A stretch of DNA of 44,777 nt. It comes from a virus (lineage: Duplodnaviria > Caudoviricetes). Under the pieces are notes generated by a model. The model was not told the origin of the DNA and made no database searches. It saw only the letters and a list, made by a program, of their open reading frames with translations. Position numbers and translations under genes: made by a program. The stretch lies in IMG/VR virus record IMGVR_UViG_3300032247_000728, positions 1 through 44,777 of that record; one strand, written 5' to 3'. Positions 26,001 through 34,225 of this stretch are shown piece after piece; positions within the stretch are counted from its first letter, which is position 1; each line of letters begins with the position of its first letter.

Positions 26001-27896
26001 CAAACTTTCTACATCTTTTGCTCTGCTATTAACACCATTAAATATTTCATCAAGTGTTGATTGTGGAAATTCAATTAATTTATTAGGGTCTTTAACGCTA
26101 GGAATTTTTGTTTTCTTTTTGCATATTTCTTCTAATATTTGAGCATCTGTTAATGGTTTCCCGGCAGCTTTTTCAAGTGCAGATTTTGCAGCACTCCATT
26201 GTAATCTTGCTTCGCCAGATATGCTATCTGCTACATTAAAAGTACTAAGTGTTTTTCTTTGAAGTTCTGCAATCTTTTCAATTGCTAAAACTCTTCTTTG
26301 CGTATCTACGCTATTCCAGTATTTGTCAAAAATACCAACACTTCTTGAAAGACCCTTTGAGATTCTATATGCAGTTCCAAGACCTCTAAATGGGTCAACA
26401 ACCATTGATTCTGATTCATGAAATCTTGAGTCTATATATTGATCACCAAACCAACCATTTTGAAATTTGTCATTTATGCTTTTATGTACAAATACAGCAT
26501 TATTAAATCTATTCATTTGAGCTGCAGTTGAAAGAAAATCTTCTCTTTCTTTGTCATTTGCAAACTTTTTTCCATTTAAAAGTCTTTCTTTTTCACCATT
26601 AAAATTTGACCAAATACTGTTTATTTGAGAGCCGGGAAATCTGGATAACCATGCATTTGGGTCTTCTGGGTGAAGAAAGCCAACAAATGCATATCCTGCA
26701 GATAAATAAGATGATAATGTGGTTGTAATTGCTGTTACACCCCATATATCAGTAGAAAAAGCATCATCTGCATTAAGTTCATCATGTGCTGCTGCTATTT
26801 TTGCAACAATTTGTGGTATTTTTCTATTGACTACTGTTGGGTCTACTGAATCAAAATCATGGTTTGTTAATTCAACTGATGTTTTTGAACGCTTTAATAA
26901 ATCCATTTTTGAGTCAAGATTTATTTGATCTTCTGTATTATTAGATTTTTCTAAATTTTTCAATTCATTTAAAAGATTTAAATAATTTTGCTTCTTTTCA
27001 AGTTTAACTCCTGTTGGATTTACGTAGTCACCTTGCCAATCTATTTGGGAATCAACTAGTGAGTTTATATTTGCAATAACTGTTTTTTGAAGTGCACCAG
27101 CAAGTGCCATAACAGTCATACCAGCACCTTTTAACAAATCACCAGATTTTTCATCTAAATGTTTTCTGTATTCATTAAATTGCTTAACATCTTCTGGATT
27201 ACTTGGGTCTAACTGTTTTCCAGTAAGTCTCATCTTTTCAGGCAAAGCAGCAATATCTGCATACTTTTCTGGAACATCACCAATTAAATCATTTCTTAAA
27301 AACTCATACGGATTTGTTTGATATGCGGTTGAGTATTCATTTCCAGAATGTTTTCTCCAAAAGTCAAACTCTTGCTTACTTCTAATAACACCATTAAGTT
27401 TTAATGCCTCACCAAGTGCAATTTGGTCGTTTATTAACCATGGGGAAGATTTAAGTATTTCTTTTGTTTTTGGATTATTCTTATAAATTTCAGCATACAA
27501 GTCTGCTCTTTCCTGGGCTTGTAATATTCCAGAAAAAACATCGCTTGTATTATTTCCAAATGAACTTAACCAATCTGCATATGGATGAATATTTGGAGGT
27601 TGAGCATATTGGTTTGCACGTAATTTTGATTCAACTGCTTTTTTTGCATTTATTGCACCGTCTACAAGATTTACAAGTCCAAGTCCTTCTGTTGTTGAAT
27701 TAATTTTTTGCCATGTATCATTAAAAGCTTGTGTTCCAACAACAGTTTTATCAGATGGTGCATATGGGTCGGCACCAGATAATGGATTAAATTCCTGAGA
27801 CGGACTTACAAGTTCTGTTTTATCTGATTCTGCCTTAATAACAGACTGCGATAATCCATTTGTTTGTGTATCTGTTCCTGGTGTTCTTAGTGCCAT
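20019..27896 (-). CDS. Very large internal virion or ejection protein (2625 aa)
   Basis: Size and position after the tail genes in a podovirus-like layout; degenerate zincin-like EELNHA. Confidence 0.7.
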   Translation of the reverse strand: MALRTPGTDTQTNGLSQSVIKAESDKTELVSPSQEFNPLSGADPYAPSDKTVVGTQAFNDTWQKINSTTEGLGLVNLVDGAINAKKAVESKLRANQYAQPPNIHPYADWLSSFGNNTSDVFSGILQAQERADLYAEIYKNNPKTKEILKSSPWLINDQIALGEALKLNGVIRSKQEFDFWRKHSGNEYSTAYQTNPYEFLRNDLIGDVPEKYADIAALPEKMRLTGKQLDPSNPEDVKQFNEYRKHLDEKSGDLLKGAGMTVMALAGALQKTVIANINSLVDSQIDWQGDYVNPTGVKLEKKQNYLNLLNELKNLEKSNNTEDQINLDSKMDLLKRSKTSVELTNHDFDSVDPTVVNRKIPQIVAKIAAAHDELNADDAFSTDIWGVTAITTTLSSYLSAGYAFVGFLHPEDPNAWLSRFPGSQINSIWSNFNGEKERLLNGKKFANDKEREDFLSTAAQMNRFNNAVFVHKSINDKFQNGWFGDQYIDSRFHESESMVVDPFRGLGTAYRISKGLSRSVGIFDKYWNSVDTQRRVLAIEKIAELQRKTLSTFNVADSISGEARLQWSAAKSALEKAAGKPLTDAQILEEICKKKTKIPSVKDPNKLIEFPQSTLDEIFNGVNSRAKDVESLRRKTYNLVRKSRSGEFNYSANTIETLNLAREMLKKSDPKVNWDNVPDYNIYQRVKDGKVPYSDVSFLPKNSKVPITSDVSAWAKRVENAKKEVGIAWQKIDTTDIAGFKRANTLPIELTYGIGRPVSKGLNWASKGLRGLADKYDRNISENLPNGESLATAGSALKDKNNTYITSLASEASQNGSSKTLWYAKILPGILRTVASGVDIAEYTSDFVNADGRISMYGSTFLGMYHDYNKQLRQLAKERADIVGVEAKIQEVERLKAAGLPYEKLNLNEADLRTKGAYVNADAELSRIAEESRKLNEKMKWSKYLHSVGAAGLLTVGKFGSNTFISGSINEAIGLLGTSQSGTGLGGSFFFHGLNASAENVLGGISRRSIMQERTNRDLYEIHSRLIQVDEVQQKNILQMLVKERKKADELGASRLPEVGDQYFARSVSSLLYLLKTTNVEIRDDGVASGLMHIIKSTQHLDPQIQSELRTAFLKEADEKGITGEEAKNYAERLVDGSNESINSGIRLGKISEEAELLSAKKNLLLDETNRDLHQYEQAVRSQLEGAGLKAENLSVDENGNVMYNGKPIATMTNNEMTIKKVDILTKKYQDIRAARISRNKVIDGITQQLLLLESEKNDLTSKGKIHPFRDGEAAVNTATGESVQSWGGGVHIIESNGESKVIISSNYDIGNAFEELNHALFYSESMKQVMPEINKALFGDWKLNENNEYIMTQEPLVSIEDIDSFVDAYTKNMDPHEASLYKARYEIGKKIFDANRSDFRHLQPVIMEIVAAIYKGRMQELDPHQGRTEQFGSSFRGSVEMSPIQAGKGRAEIFSKFVFGSLTLNEWIRHKTGVEIQTNLAELNRLSPGQQATIGDSIAGYYNLTKTFGVGGVFDLMFKADRQRRLYDMGLMPRGNLSTDPQRFWNTAQMYDFQTGKMVDIDPRFKAIIDSMINVTRNVVNKPNVDAIQDYVSVFNNIDKSDAGSMNGRIAWAYATGRRHWLEIGKDGKWTGNFKGPIADLIFKDRGPINELFGRIIDGNPDGLDGVTPDNYFGMKLDSALLGKDSKVVIGTPNKRQLRKVIDFLNERTNTLEAGSMDEVEAITKFLTAIADNNHFDPEAANPGFTQMFAFLYQGDEEQLSPTSTKQQKVTKERLRVMTPIMPYIEENQTAWDGSKLPEKQASMYMWMLDEEQRIGRIRAATKGLLVDKNGKKYWNSEKIGNVFGSEKNFAECVDMVLMNYSTSGSPVSSSKKHELPPRSWEILLPKAGGNPRVAMHMADIINRTIGFPSKNFFEYTALLDKKESGVPLTTKEAERLDELRDKDFKLINGDRALAELQISPNKIGAAPMWSSNMMFTRVRTDRIMSKVVPYADGQGRSKTPWTAYTWGLGDINYSGQSPWSPTSLNNSNFPQISAMEQTIQGFERKGNVNLTVSGGLTHGPTGMQVVKAIRTVREGGKDVNKDIYMVYDNQGNLISHTFSSKIKSFEEGTAFAEKYANENALRGKNSNIIEKALDDYGFYPLGTETTTGVRNTFVTADGKYALIRVGGGKTSGSWNLVHRATGAVVEDNIKIDYDPTNKVNVNNLVAAVLNVEEGNKLNYAIERSRIEGITQELIDGKGLADWTLVSSGKKPVKTLFARNNPVYYDFKRKLALSVGHKYANDVIGLMRKELGDDVIEKDFDEVKPDVASGTHGNATISWIEDFVGKHHWDLQKMHEEIYKDINKDEAEARAAQQVIDDQNIGKPEGKLPKLQKPKPEDYETVEAFNYASNQYAQALASELHTNTFGDNTEAHARESLNDLLEWTKNLKTLQSKYAEKVKNTPLPIKVDSGEAIARRLSELRGEIYGVTESANTNIWVSAGGHIIQQLMYTKKPRFIGHEVTIPRFDLIKHNPELLAAREIAIGITKVVRKGKVDASKLRSSVNDAVDVRKHLTGESAGNSTFVVYTPRGHLIGYAKSMSEAQDLAAKDEKDKEDELIKQGAVIKNAITEPKERRVPQKLPRNGK

Positions 27897-27904
27897 GTTA
27901 TAAA

Positions 27905-30514
27905 TTATTCAGACGGAAGCTCCTTGCCCATTGCCTTAGTGAATGCTTTATTAATTGCTTCAGATGCTTCTTTCTTTGCAGATTCATTAGACGATCTGTC
28001 TTGATATACATTTAGACTTTTTTCGTATATTTGTCTGAGTCCTTCAATTTCTTCTTGTGTCATATTTCTTCCAACAACGTCTTTTAACTCTTTATTGTAC
28101 ATATTTACAGTATCTGCACCCATTACAAGACCGTTATTTTTCATTTTAATGTTATGTGTTACGGCTAACATAAGACCGATATTTTTCCATCTTAATACAT
28201 CTCTTGCTGTAAGTCTTCCAAGTTTAGATGGATCAGGAATACAGTCTTGCAACATTTCTTGTTCAAAGTTTGATGGATTACCACCACCAACTTTTTCTGT
28301 TCTTACTGCAGCAATAATATTGCTTCTATATTCTGTTAATGAATTAACTTCATGATCTGTAAGTTTTCTCCACGCAGAACCAACCCAACTTTCTTTATCT
28401 AAAGATCTTGTAAATTCAGTAAGTTTTCTTGTTGGAAGAATTGCTCTTGAAAAGTTTTCATCAGCAGCATCAACATTTTCAATTTGTTTGTCTGTTAATC
28501 CATACATAAGAATAGATGATGCCATATCAGGATCACCTCTTTTAATTGACTCTAGAAGCAACTCTCTATTACTAAGTTTTGAATTTATAAGTTTTCCGGT
28601 TTTATTTCCATTTCCATCATACTCTGGAACTTGAATTGAAACCCTTGATGTTTTTGTTAGTGCTGGATTTAAATATCCAAAATGTGCTTCTCTTGATTCA
28701 GGTGTCAACCCGGGGAATCCACGTGATTGACTTACTGCAACTTTTCTTAATTCAGCAACCTTTCCTCTAGTTGCAAGTGTTGCATTAACTGATTCTTGTT
28801 CAGATTTATATGCTGAAATTTGAGATGACCAAAGTTGTTCTTTTTGCTTATTAACTTCTCTTTGGTTATTAACTACTGAAAGTTTTGAATTTAATCCAGT
28901 AAGCTGTCTAGTTAAATCTGTATTTTCTGCAATAAGTTTCTTTGTTGCAGTACTTCCTGGATCAGACTGAATAATTTTGCTATTAGTTTCCATTCTTTTT
29001 GTTATTTTTTCTATTCTTCCTTCGATGTCTGCACTATTTACTTCTGTAATTGTTGGTCTATTTTTTACCGCTTCAGAAATTTTATCTGATATTTGTTGAG
29101 ACTTTAAGTTAACATCATTTATATTTGATGGTGCAAATACAGTAGAATCAGTAACAGCACCCCTTCCTCCTGCAAGAAACTCCATTGGACTTAATCCATA
29201 TTTATCTTGAAACTGCAATCCAACAGAGTCAGAAACAGAATCAACTTTTCCGGTTTTATGTGAAGATTGAATTAGATTAACAACTTTAAGTGCTTTTGCA
29301 ATTTCTGGAATTTGAACTAAATTTTCATTATGACCAACAAGTGTTGCTGCATTTACTTGATCTTCATCATCTACCTTTACATTAACATTTTTTAAAATAC
29401 CAGAATTTAACATCCATGCAGCCATTTCCATTTGTCTGTTTAAAGAAATTGTGTTTTGGTCTTTCACCTCTGGGTTAATAGAAGCTTGATACCAATTTTG
29501 TTTAGGATTATAAACAATTGATGAATTAATTGTTGTTTGATTTGTTCCTGGCTGACCTCTTACAAATCCATGATTTACATGATTATCTACACCATCATCT
29601 AACTCTGACGGAAGCCCAACATTCTCAGAAACTGGATACATTAAATCACCAGGATTTCCTGTTTGTGGTTGGGCATTTGAAACATTTGGCTCTTGAGTTA
29701 AACCATCCCATAGTGATACAGGACCGGTATTATCAGACTGGTTTTTTTTAGTCTGTTTTTCTATAGCAATTTCTTGTTGATAATAGTTTTGAAGTAGTTG
29801 TGGATTTGTACTTCCAGATGATTGAAAACGTGCTTTTGCTCTGTTATAAGCATTATTTGACATTATTTCTTTTTGTCTATCTTCATTTTGCTTTGCTTTT
29901 CTTTGAGACTCAAGAGCTGCTTGTTCTGGGTTTACTTGTTTCGGTGAATCATTACCAATATTTAGTAAATTTAAATATCTTTTTCCAAGTGAATCAATTT
30001 GTCTATTAAATTCAGAACTTTGACTTTTTAGTAAATTTAATTGATCTGGTTTAAGTTTCTTTTTAGGGTCTGTTTCATCGTTATCATCTGAAATTTGTCT
30101 ATCTATATCAGATCTTTGTCCTTTAAGAACATCTAATGCACCAGTAATAGATTCACCCTGAAACTTTTGAATTTCGAGTGCAGATTTTCTTTTTTCTGTT
30201 TCTGTTTTTATTGCTTGATCTCTTAACTGTAATGCAATTTTTCCCGACTCGTTTTGCTCCTTTTTAGCAGCAACATCAAGTTTTGCATAGTCAAGATTTC
30301 TGTTTGCTACATTTTCTGATCTTGTTGCAGCCATTTTTTGCAACTCAAGTGAACGTTGATTTGCTTGATTTTCTTGTTCTGCTCTTAATCTTGCAGCAGT
30401 TGCAAATGATTCTAAATATCCAGCAGGAAGAACTGGTACTTGCTCTTGGGTATATCTAGCAAATAAATTCTGAGTTCTTGGGTCTGGTGCAGAAAAGATT
30501 GGTTCTTGTGGCAT
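27905..30514 (-). CDS. Putative internal virion or ejection protein, coiled-coil rich
   Basis: 869 aa, Q/E/K-rich helices, middle of three consecutive genes of increasing size. Confidence 0.65.
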   Translation of the reverse strand: MPQEPIFSAPDPRTQNLFARYTQEQVPVLPAGYLESFATAARLRAEQENQANQRSLELQKMAATRSENVANRNLDYAKLDVAAKKEQNESGKIALQLRDQAIKTETEKRKSALEIQKFQGESITGALDVLKGQRSDIDRQISDDNDETDPKKKLKPDQLNLLKSQSSEFNRQIDSLGKRYLNLLNIGNDSPKQVNPEQAALESQRKAKQNEDRQKEIMSNNAYNRAKARFQSSGSTNPQLLQNYYQQEIAIEKQTKKNQSDNTGPVSLWDGLTQEPNVSNAQPQTGNPGDLMYPVSENVGLPSELDDGVDNHVNHGFVRGQPGTNQTTINSSIVYNPKQNWYQASINPEVKDQNTISLNRQMEMAAWMLNSGILKNVNVKVDDEDQVNAATLVGHNENLVQIPEIAKALKVVNLIQSSHKTGKVDSVSDSVGLQFQDKYGLSPMEFLAGGRGAVTDSTVFAPSNINDVNLKSQQISDKISEAVKNRPTITEVNSADIEGRIEKITKRMETNSKIIQSDPGSTATKKLIAENTDLTRQLTGLNSKLSVVNNQREVNKQKEQLWSSQISAYKSEQESVNATLATRGKVAELRKVAVSQSRGFPGLTPESREAHFGYLNPALTKTSRVSIQVPEYDGNGNKTGKLINSKLSNRELLLESIKRGDPDMASSILMYGLTDKQIENVDAADENFSRAILPTRKLTEFTRSLDKESWVGSAWRKLTDHEVNSLTEYRSNIIAAVRTEKVGGGNPSNFEQEMLQDCIPDPSKLGRLTARDVLRWKNIGLMLAVTHNIKMKNNGLVMGADTVNMYNKELKDVVGRNMTQEEIEGLRQIYEKSLNVYQDRSSNESAKKEASEAINKAFTKAMGKELPSE

Positions 30515-30517
30515 AGT

Positions 30518-31576
30518 TTAAAGTGCGTTATAAGACGCAAGTCCAAGCATTGGATTACCGTTAATATATTTATTATTAAAGTTATTTGAACTTGATCCAC
30601 CACCCCTAGACCAAGACCCGATATTACCATTGCTCCACATTGGAGCCGCAGATGGATGCCATGCATTTGGACCATATTGCCAATTTAATGCTTCATATGC
30701 ATAGTCTTGTTGCATTTGTGAATTTCTTAAGTTAGCAAAGTATTGTGACTCTGGAGATAACATTGAAGGTGCAAGTGCACCCATTGCTTGATTAGCCATT
30801 TGTAATTGACCATATAGACCTGCTTGTTGTGAAGATTGAAGATTTGAATTATAAATAGCATTAGCACCCATTTCTTGAAGTTTCTGAGAATTTCCATAAG
30901 CAACATTTGCCTGTGCTTGTCTTTCTTTAAGTCTTGCTTGACCAATATTATAACTATTAAGAACTTCTAAATCAGAACCTTGTCTGCTAAAATTAACACC
31001 TCGTGCTTCAGCAGCAGCCCGTGCATTTTGTTGGGCATATTGAGTGTCTTCTGCACTTAGCGACGAACCCATGCGTAAACCATTTAATGCCTGTTTATTA
31101 ATTTGGTCGTACATACTACGACCACCAGCATCCATAGCATTATACTGGGCACCAATAGCACCTTTCATAAGGTTGCCCTGCATGCCAAGCATTTGATTGG
31201 AGTATTGACTTTGGAAGTTATTTACATTTCCAAGCATTCCCAATTGAAGACCAAGTAAACCTTTTACCTGACTTTCATACTTATCAATAAAGTTTCCTTG
31301 AAGTTTACCCATTAGACCGGCTTCAATATCAGATGCTTGTCCAAGATTATTTGCTTGAACACCAAGAACACCAGATGTTAAATCGCCATATTGTTGAAGA
31401 CCTGCATTAATATCATATCCCGGTTTTGGGATTGAAGGAATACCATTTGATTTTGATTGTGGAGGTGTGAAACCTCCAAAAACTTGAGGAGTTTGTTGAG
31501 TTGGTAGTGGACCAATTTGGGGACTTCCAACCGTTCTATTATTAAAAGGTTGCAATGTCTGAGGATACAAAGGCAT
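30518..31576 (-). CDS. Putative ejection or pilot protein
   Basis: 352 aa, Q/G/A/N-rich, no Cys; follows the tail fibres. Confidence 0.6.
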   Translation of the reverse strand: MPLYPQTLQPFNNRTVGSPQIGPLPTQQTPQVFGGFTPPQSKSNGIPSIPKPGYDINAGLQQYGDLTSGVLGVQANNLGQASDIEAGLMGKLQGNFIDKYESQVKGLLGLQLGMLGNVNNFQSQYSNQMLGMQGNLMKGAIGAQYNAMDAGGRSMYDQINKQALNGLRMGSSLSAEDTQYAQQNARAAAEARGVNFSRQGSDLEVLNSYNIGQARLKERQAQANVAYGNSQKLQEMGANAIYNSNLQSSQQAGLYGQLQMANQAMGALAPSMLSPESQYFANLRNSQMQQDYAYEALNWQYGPNAWHPSAAPMWSNGNIGSWSRGGGSSSNNFNNKYINGNPMLGLASYNAL

Positions 31577-31606
31577 GGTGTTTATATAGTTATAATGTTA
31601 CAAATG

Positions 31607-32605
31607 TCAATATCCAATTGCGGTTACGTATACATCCCCGGTATATGAACCATTAGCGTTGGTAATCTTTGCCTTTTTCTTGCTGATTGGAGCACCACCA
31701 ATTTCAGTAAAACTGGTTGCATAATTGTTTGAAATTTGAACATCATTTCTAGCTCTGCTTGCTGTTACGGATACCATTTTAACAGGATACTCAAGTTGGA
31801 ACTCAACTTCAAGCGAACTTTGATTTGTAAATGTTAATTTTGACCATTGAATCAAGAATCCAGTAGAATTGTCCTTAAAGTAGCCAGTATTCTCGTTCAT
31901 TGCTGGAACAGAGATAACATTTGGGTTTGATCCAGTCTTTTGCTTAACCGCAAGCGTATTTGCTACACCACTTGTATTCATAGCACTTGTCTGAATTGTT
32001 CCATCACTATACTTAATGCCACCAGACCCAATGCTCAATGAGGCAATTGCGTCAGGTTCTACACCGATACCAACATGACCAGCATTTGACACTTTAAAGT
32101 TAGAATTTACATTTAATGCAAGACCAGTTCCAGTTTGAGTAATGTCAAGTGCTGGAGTATTTGCAGATACAGTAATTGTCTGTTTGGCTGTGAATAAGTT
32201 TTGAGCTACATCTGAAATAGATGAGTATTGATTGCCATCTTCTCCTACCCAACTTAACTTATCTGCTTTGATGTATAAATCGCCTGATTCTGGGCTAGAA
32301 GGGTTGGTGTCAGTACCAATGTTTAAACCCGCCTTAGTTGCCCTTGCAGGGGCATAAATCTTACCACTTGTACCTGTTAATGCTTTTGTGAATAACGCAG
32401 TAACATTTGTCTTTTTAAGTGCATCCTCGCTTGCATCATACACAATTGTAAGGTCATTATCTCCGTCAATAGATGCAGATGATAGTGAAGTTTGGTCTGA
32501 AATAATCCCTGGAAGGATTACCGTGTTGTTAACAATATTGTTAAGTCTTTCGGCGGTTAACTGTTCGCCTATTTTGAAGACCTCTGGTGATTGTAATTGT
32601 GACAT
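31607..32605 (-). CDS. Tail fibre with gp53-like C-terminal domain
   Basis: GHVGIG, SDGTIQT, GFLIQW and terminal AIGY motifs. Confidence 0.8.
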   Translation of the reverse strand: MSQLQSPEVFKIGEQLTAERLNNIVNNTVILPGIISDQTSLSSASIDGDNDLTIVYDASEDALKKTNVTALFTKALTGTSGKIYAPARATKAGLNIGTDTNPSSPESGDLYIKADKLSWVGEDGNQYSSISDVAQNLFTAKQTITVSANTPALDITQTGTGLALNVNSNFKVSNAGHVGIGVEPDAIASLSIGSGGIKYSDGTIQTSAMNTSGVANTLAVKQKTGSNPNVISVPAMNENTGYFKDNSTGFLIQWSKLTFTNQSSLEVEFQLEYPVKMVSVTASRARNDVQISNNYATSFTEIGGAPISKKKAKITNANGSYTGDVYVTAIGY

Positions 32606-32608
32606 AAA

Positions 32609-34225
32609 TTAGTATCCGTATGCGTGTATTAGTACTCCGCCCCTGAAATATCCGTGTGGTGCGTTTGATCTAAAGTCAAGTTGACTATTAGAAAGAATAA
32701 CTGTATTAAGGTCACCCTCATTGTCAATGTCAATATCTGCATTCCATTGACCATATAGGGCTGGTTTAATTTCCTCTGGAACTTTTACATATATCATTAT
32801 AAATATAGATTGTGCTGGAAGTCCAAGGTAATATTGTGGAATTTCAATTATTTGGTAATATGAAGCGTCTGGAGTAGAGAATTGACCTGATGTTGACACA
32901 TTATTACGCTCTGGAACTACGGTTACACCAAAGCAAGCATTAGGGAATGCAGTAGGTAGTTTGTATCTATATATCTTATTATAAATTGGGCTTTCTGGAG
33001 TACCTATATTTTGCGGTGGGTCTATTACACTACCAGATCCAAGAAGTATCCATTGCTGGATAAAGCCAGTAGAGTTATCTCTAAATACCCAACTTTTCTC
33101 AGGAATGCTGTATGTGTTTGTTGCACCATGTACATCTCCTTTTACCAGCGTACTAACGGTTGATTGATATGCTGAAAACTCATATAATTCATAACCTTTG
33201 TAATATGTTATTGGATTTGTTTCACAAGCACCGGGTCCATCATTTTCACAGCCAGGGTAACCTTGCCAATAATCGTGTTCTGTCTGTGTTGATTGTATTA
33301 AATTAACTGTTTCAGGTTTAATTTTCCAAGTTTTGTTACCCGCATTTGTAAATGGAGGAAATGCATCAAGTATGTTTACATCATTTCCTAATGGGTAAGT
33401 AACAGTTGCATTTTCATATGGTATAAAGTCACCATTTCCCCAATCAAGTTTAATTCTAAATGTTTGTGTAGTTTGACTTTCTGAGTTTGGGTCAGTCCAG
33501 TTATAATATGTATTCTGGTTAACTGTTGAACTATCTTCAATAAGGTTATTTGGAAGACCAGTACCATTATTACCAGAAACAGTCTGAATGGTTCCATCAC
33601 TAAATTTAATTCCATCTCCAATTGAAAGTCTTGCACTTGTTGATGGTGTTATTCCAATTCCGGCATTTCCAGACCAAAGAATGATAAAACTATTAGACTT
33701 ATCTTCTCCTTGGTTATTTACTCCAAATGCAATATAGTTTCCACCAGTTGAGTTTACTGCTGTTAAAGATGATGGTGTTGGATTTTTAATTACTACTGGG
33801 TTTTTAAAGTAATTCTCTCCAGTATCAAGTATTGGTAAAAGCTTGTTATCGCTAGCAACAAATAGTAAATTATCGTTTGAAATTATTAAGTCTCCTGGTT
33901 CTGTTACAATGTCTCCAGTAACTTCATCCGAGTTAATGTTAATGCCAGCCATAACCGATGTTGAAGGTGCATAGATTTTACCCCTGAATTTATTGGTTAA
34001 ACACGCATCTACAATGTCAGATGATGTGGCGTTTTTAAGATTACCTGCACTTGCGTCGTAAATTAAAACAAGGTCATTAAGAATATCTAAATCTGCATTA
34101 TCAAGCGTATCTTTTCCAGACACAAAACTCTTATCTAAAACCGCTTGGTTTATAAATGAATTTAGTTTCTGCACAGTTGCTTGTGCATTACTTTCAAATT
34201 GAACTGGTGTAGTGAAGTCACTCAT
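32609..34225 (-). CDS. Tail fibre with gp53-like C-terminal domain, paralog of 31607..32605
   Basis: GNAGIG, SDGTIQT, GFIQQW, PTAFPNAC and terminal AYGY motifs. Confidence 0.8.
   Translation of the reverse strand: MSDFTTPVQFESNAQATVQKLNSFINQAVLDKSFVSGKDTLDNADLDILNDLVLIYDASAGNLKNATSSDIVDACLTNKFRGKIYAPSTSVMAGININSDEVTGDIVTEPGDLIISNDNLLFVASDNKLLPILDTGENYFKNPVVIKNPTPSSLTAVNSTGGNYIAFGVNNQGEDKSNSFIILWSGNAGIGITPSTSARLSIGDGIKFSDGTIQTVSGNNGTGLPNNLIEDSSTVNQNTYYNWTDPNSESQTTQTFRIKLDWGNGDFIPYENATVTYPLGNDVNILDAFPPFTNAGNKTWKIKPETVNLIQSTQTEHDYWQGYPGCENDGPGACETNPITYYKGYELYEFSAYQSTVSTLVKGDVHGATNTYSIPEKSWVFRDNSTGFIQQWILLGSGSVIDPPQNIGTPESPIYNKIYRYKLPTAFPNACFGVTVVPERNNVSTSGQFSTPDASYYQIIEIPQYYLGLPAQSIFIMIYVKVPEEIKPALYGQWNADIDIDNEGDLNTVILSNSQLDFRSNAPHGYFRGGVLIHAYGY

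Noticed and set aside
20019-27896. Virion RNA polymerase (N4- or crAss-like)
   Set aside because: I found no DxDGD or T7-type polymerase motifs by eye; a structure search is needed to exclude a divergent enzyme
31607-34225. Diversity-generating retroelement acting on the fibres
   Set aside because: No reverse transcriptase and no near-identical template/variable repeat pair; similarity is mainly at protein level
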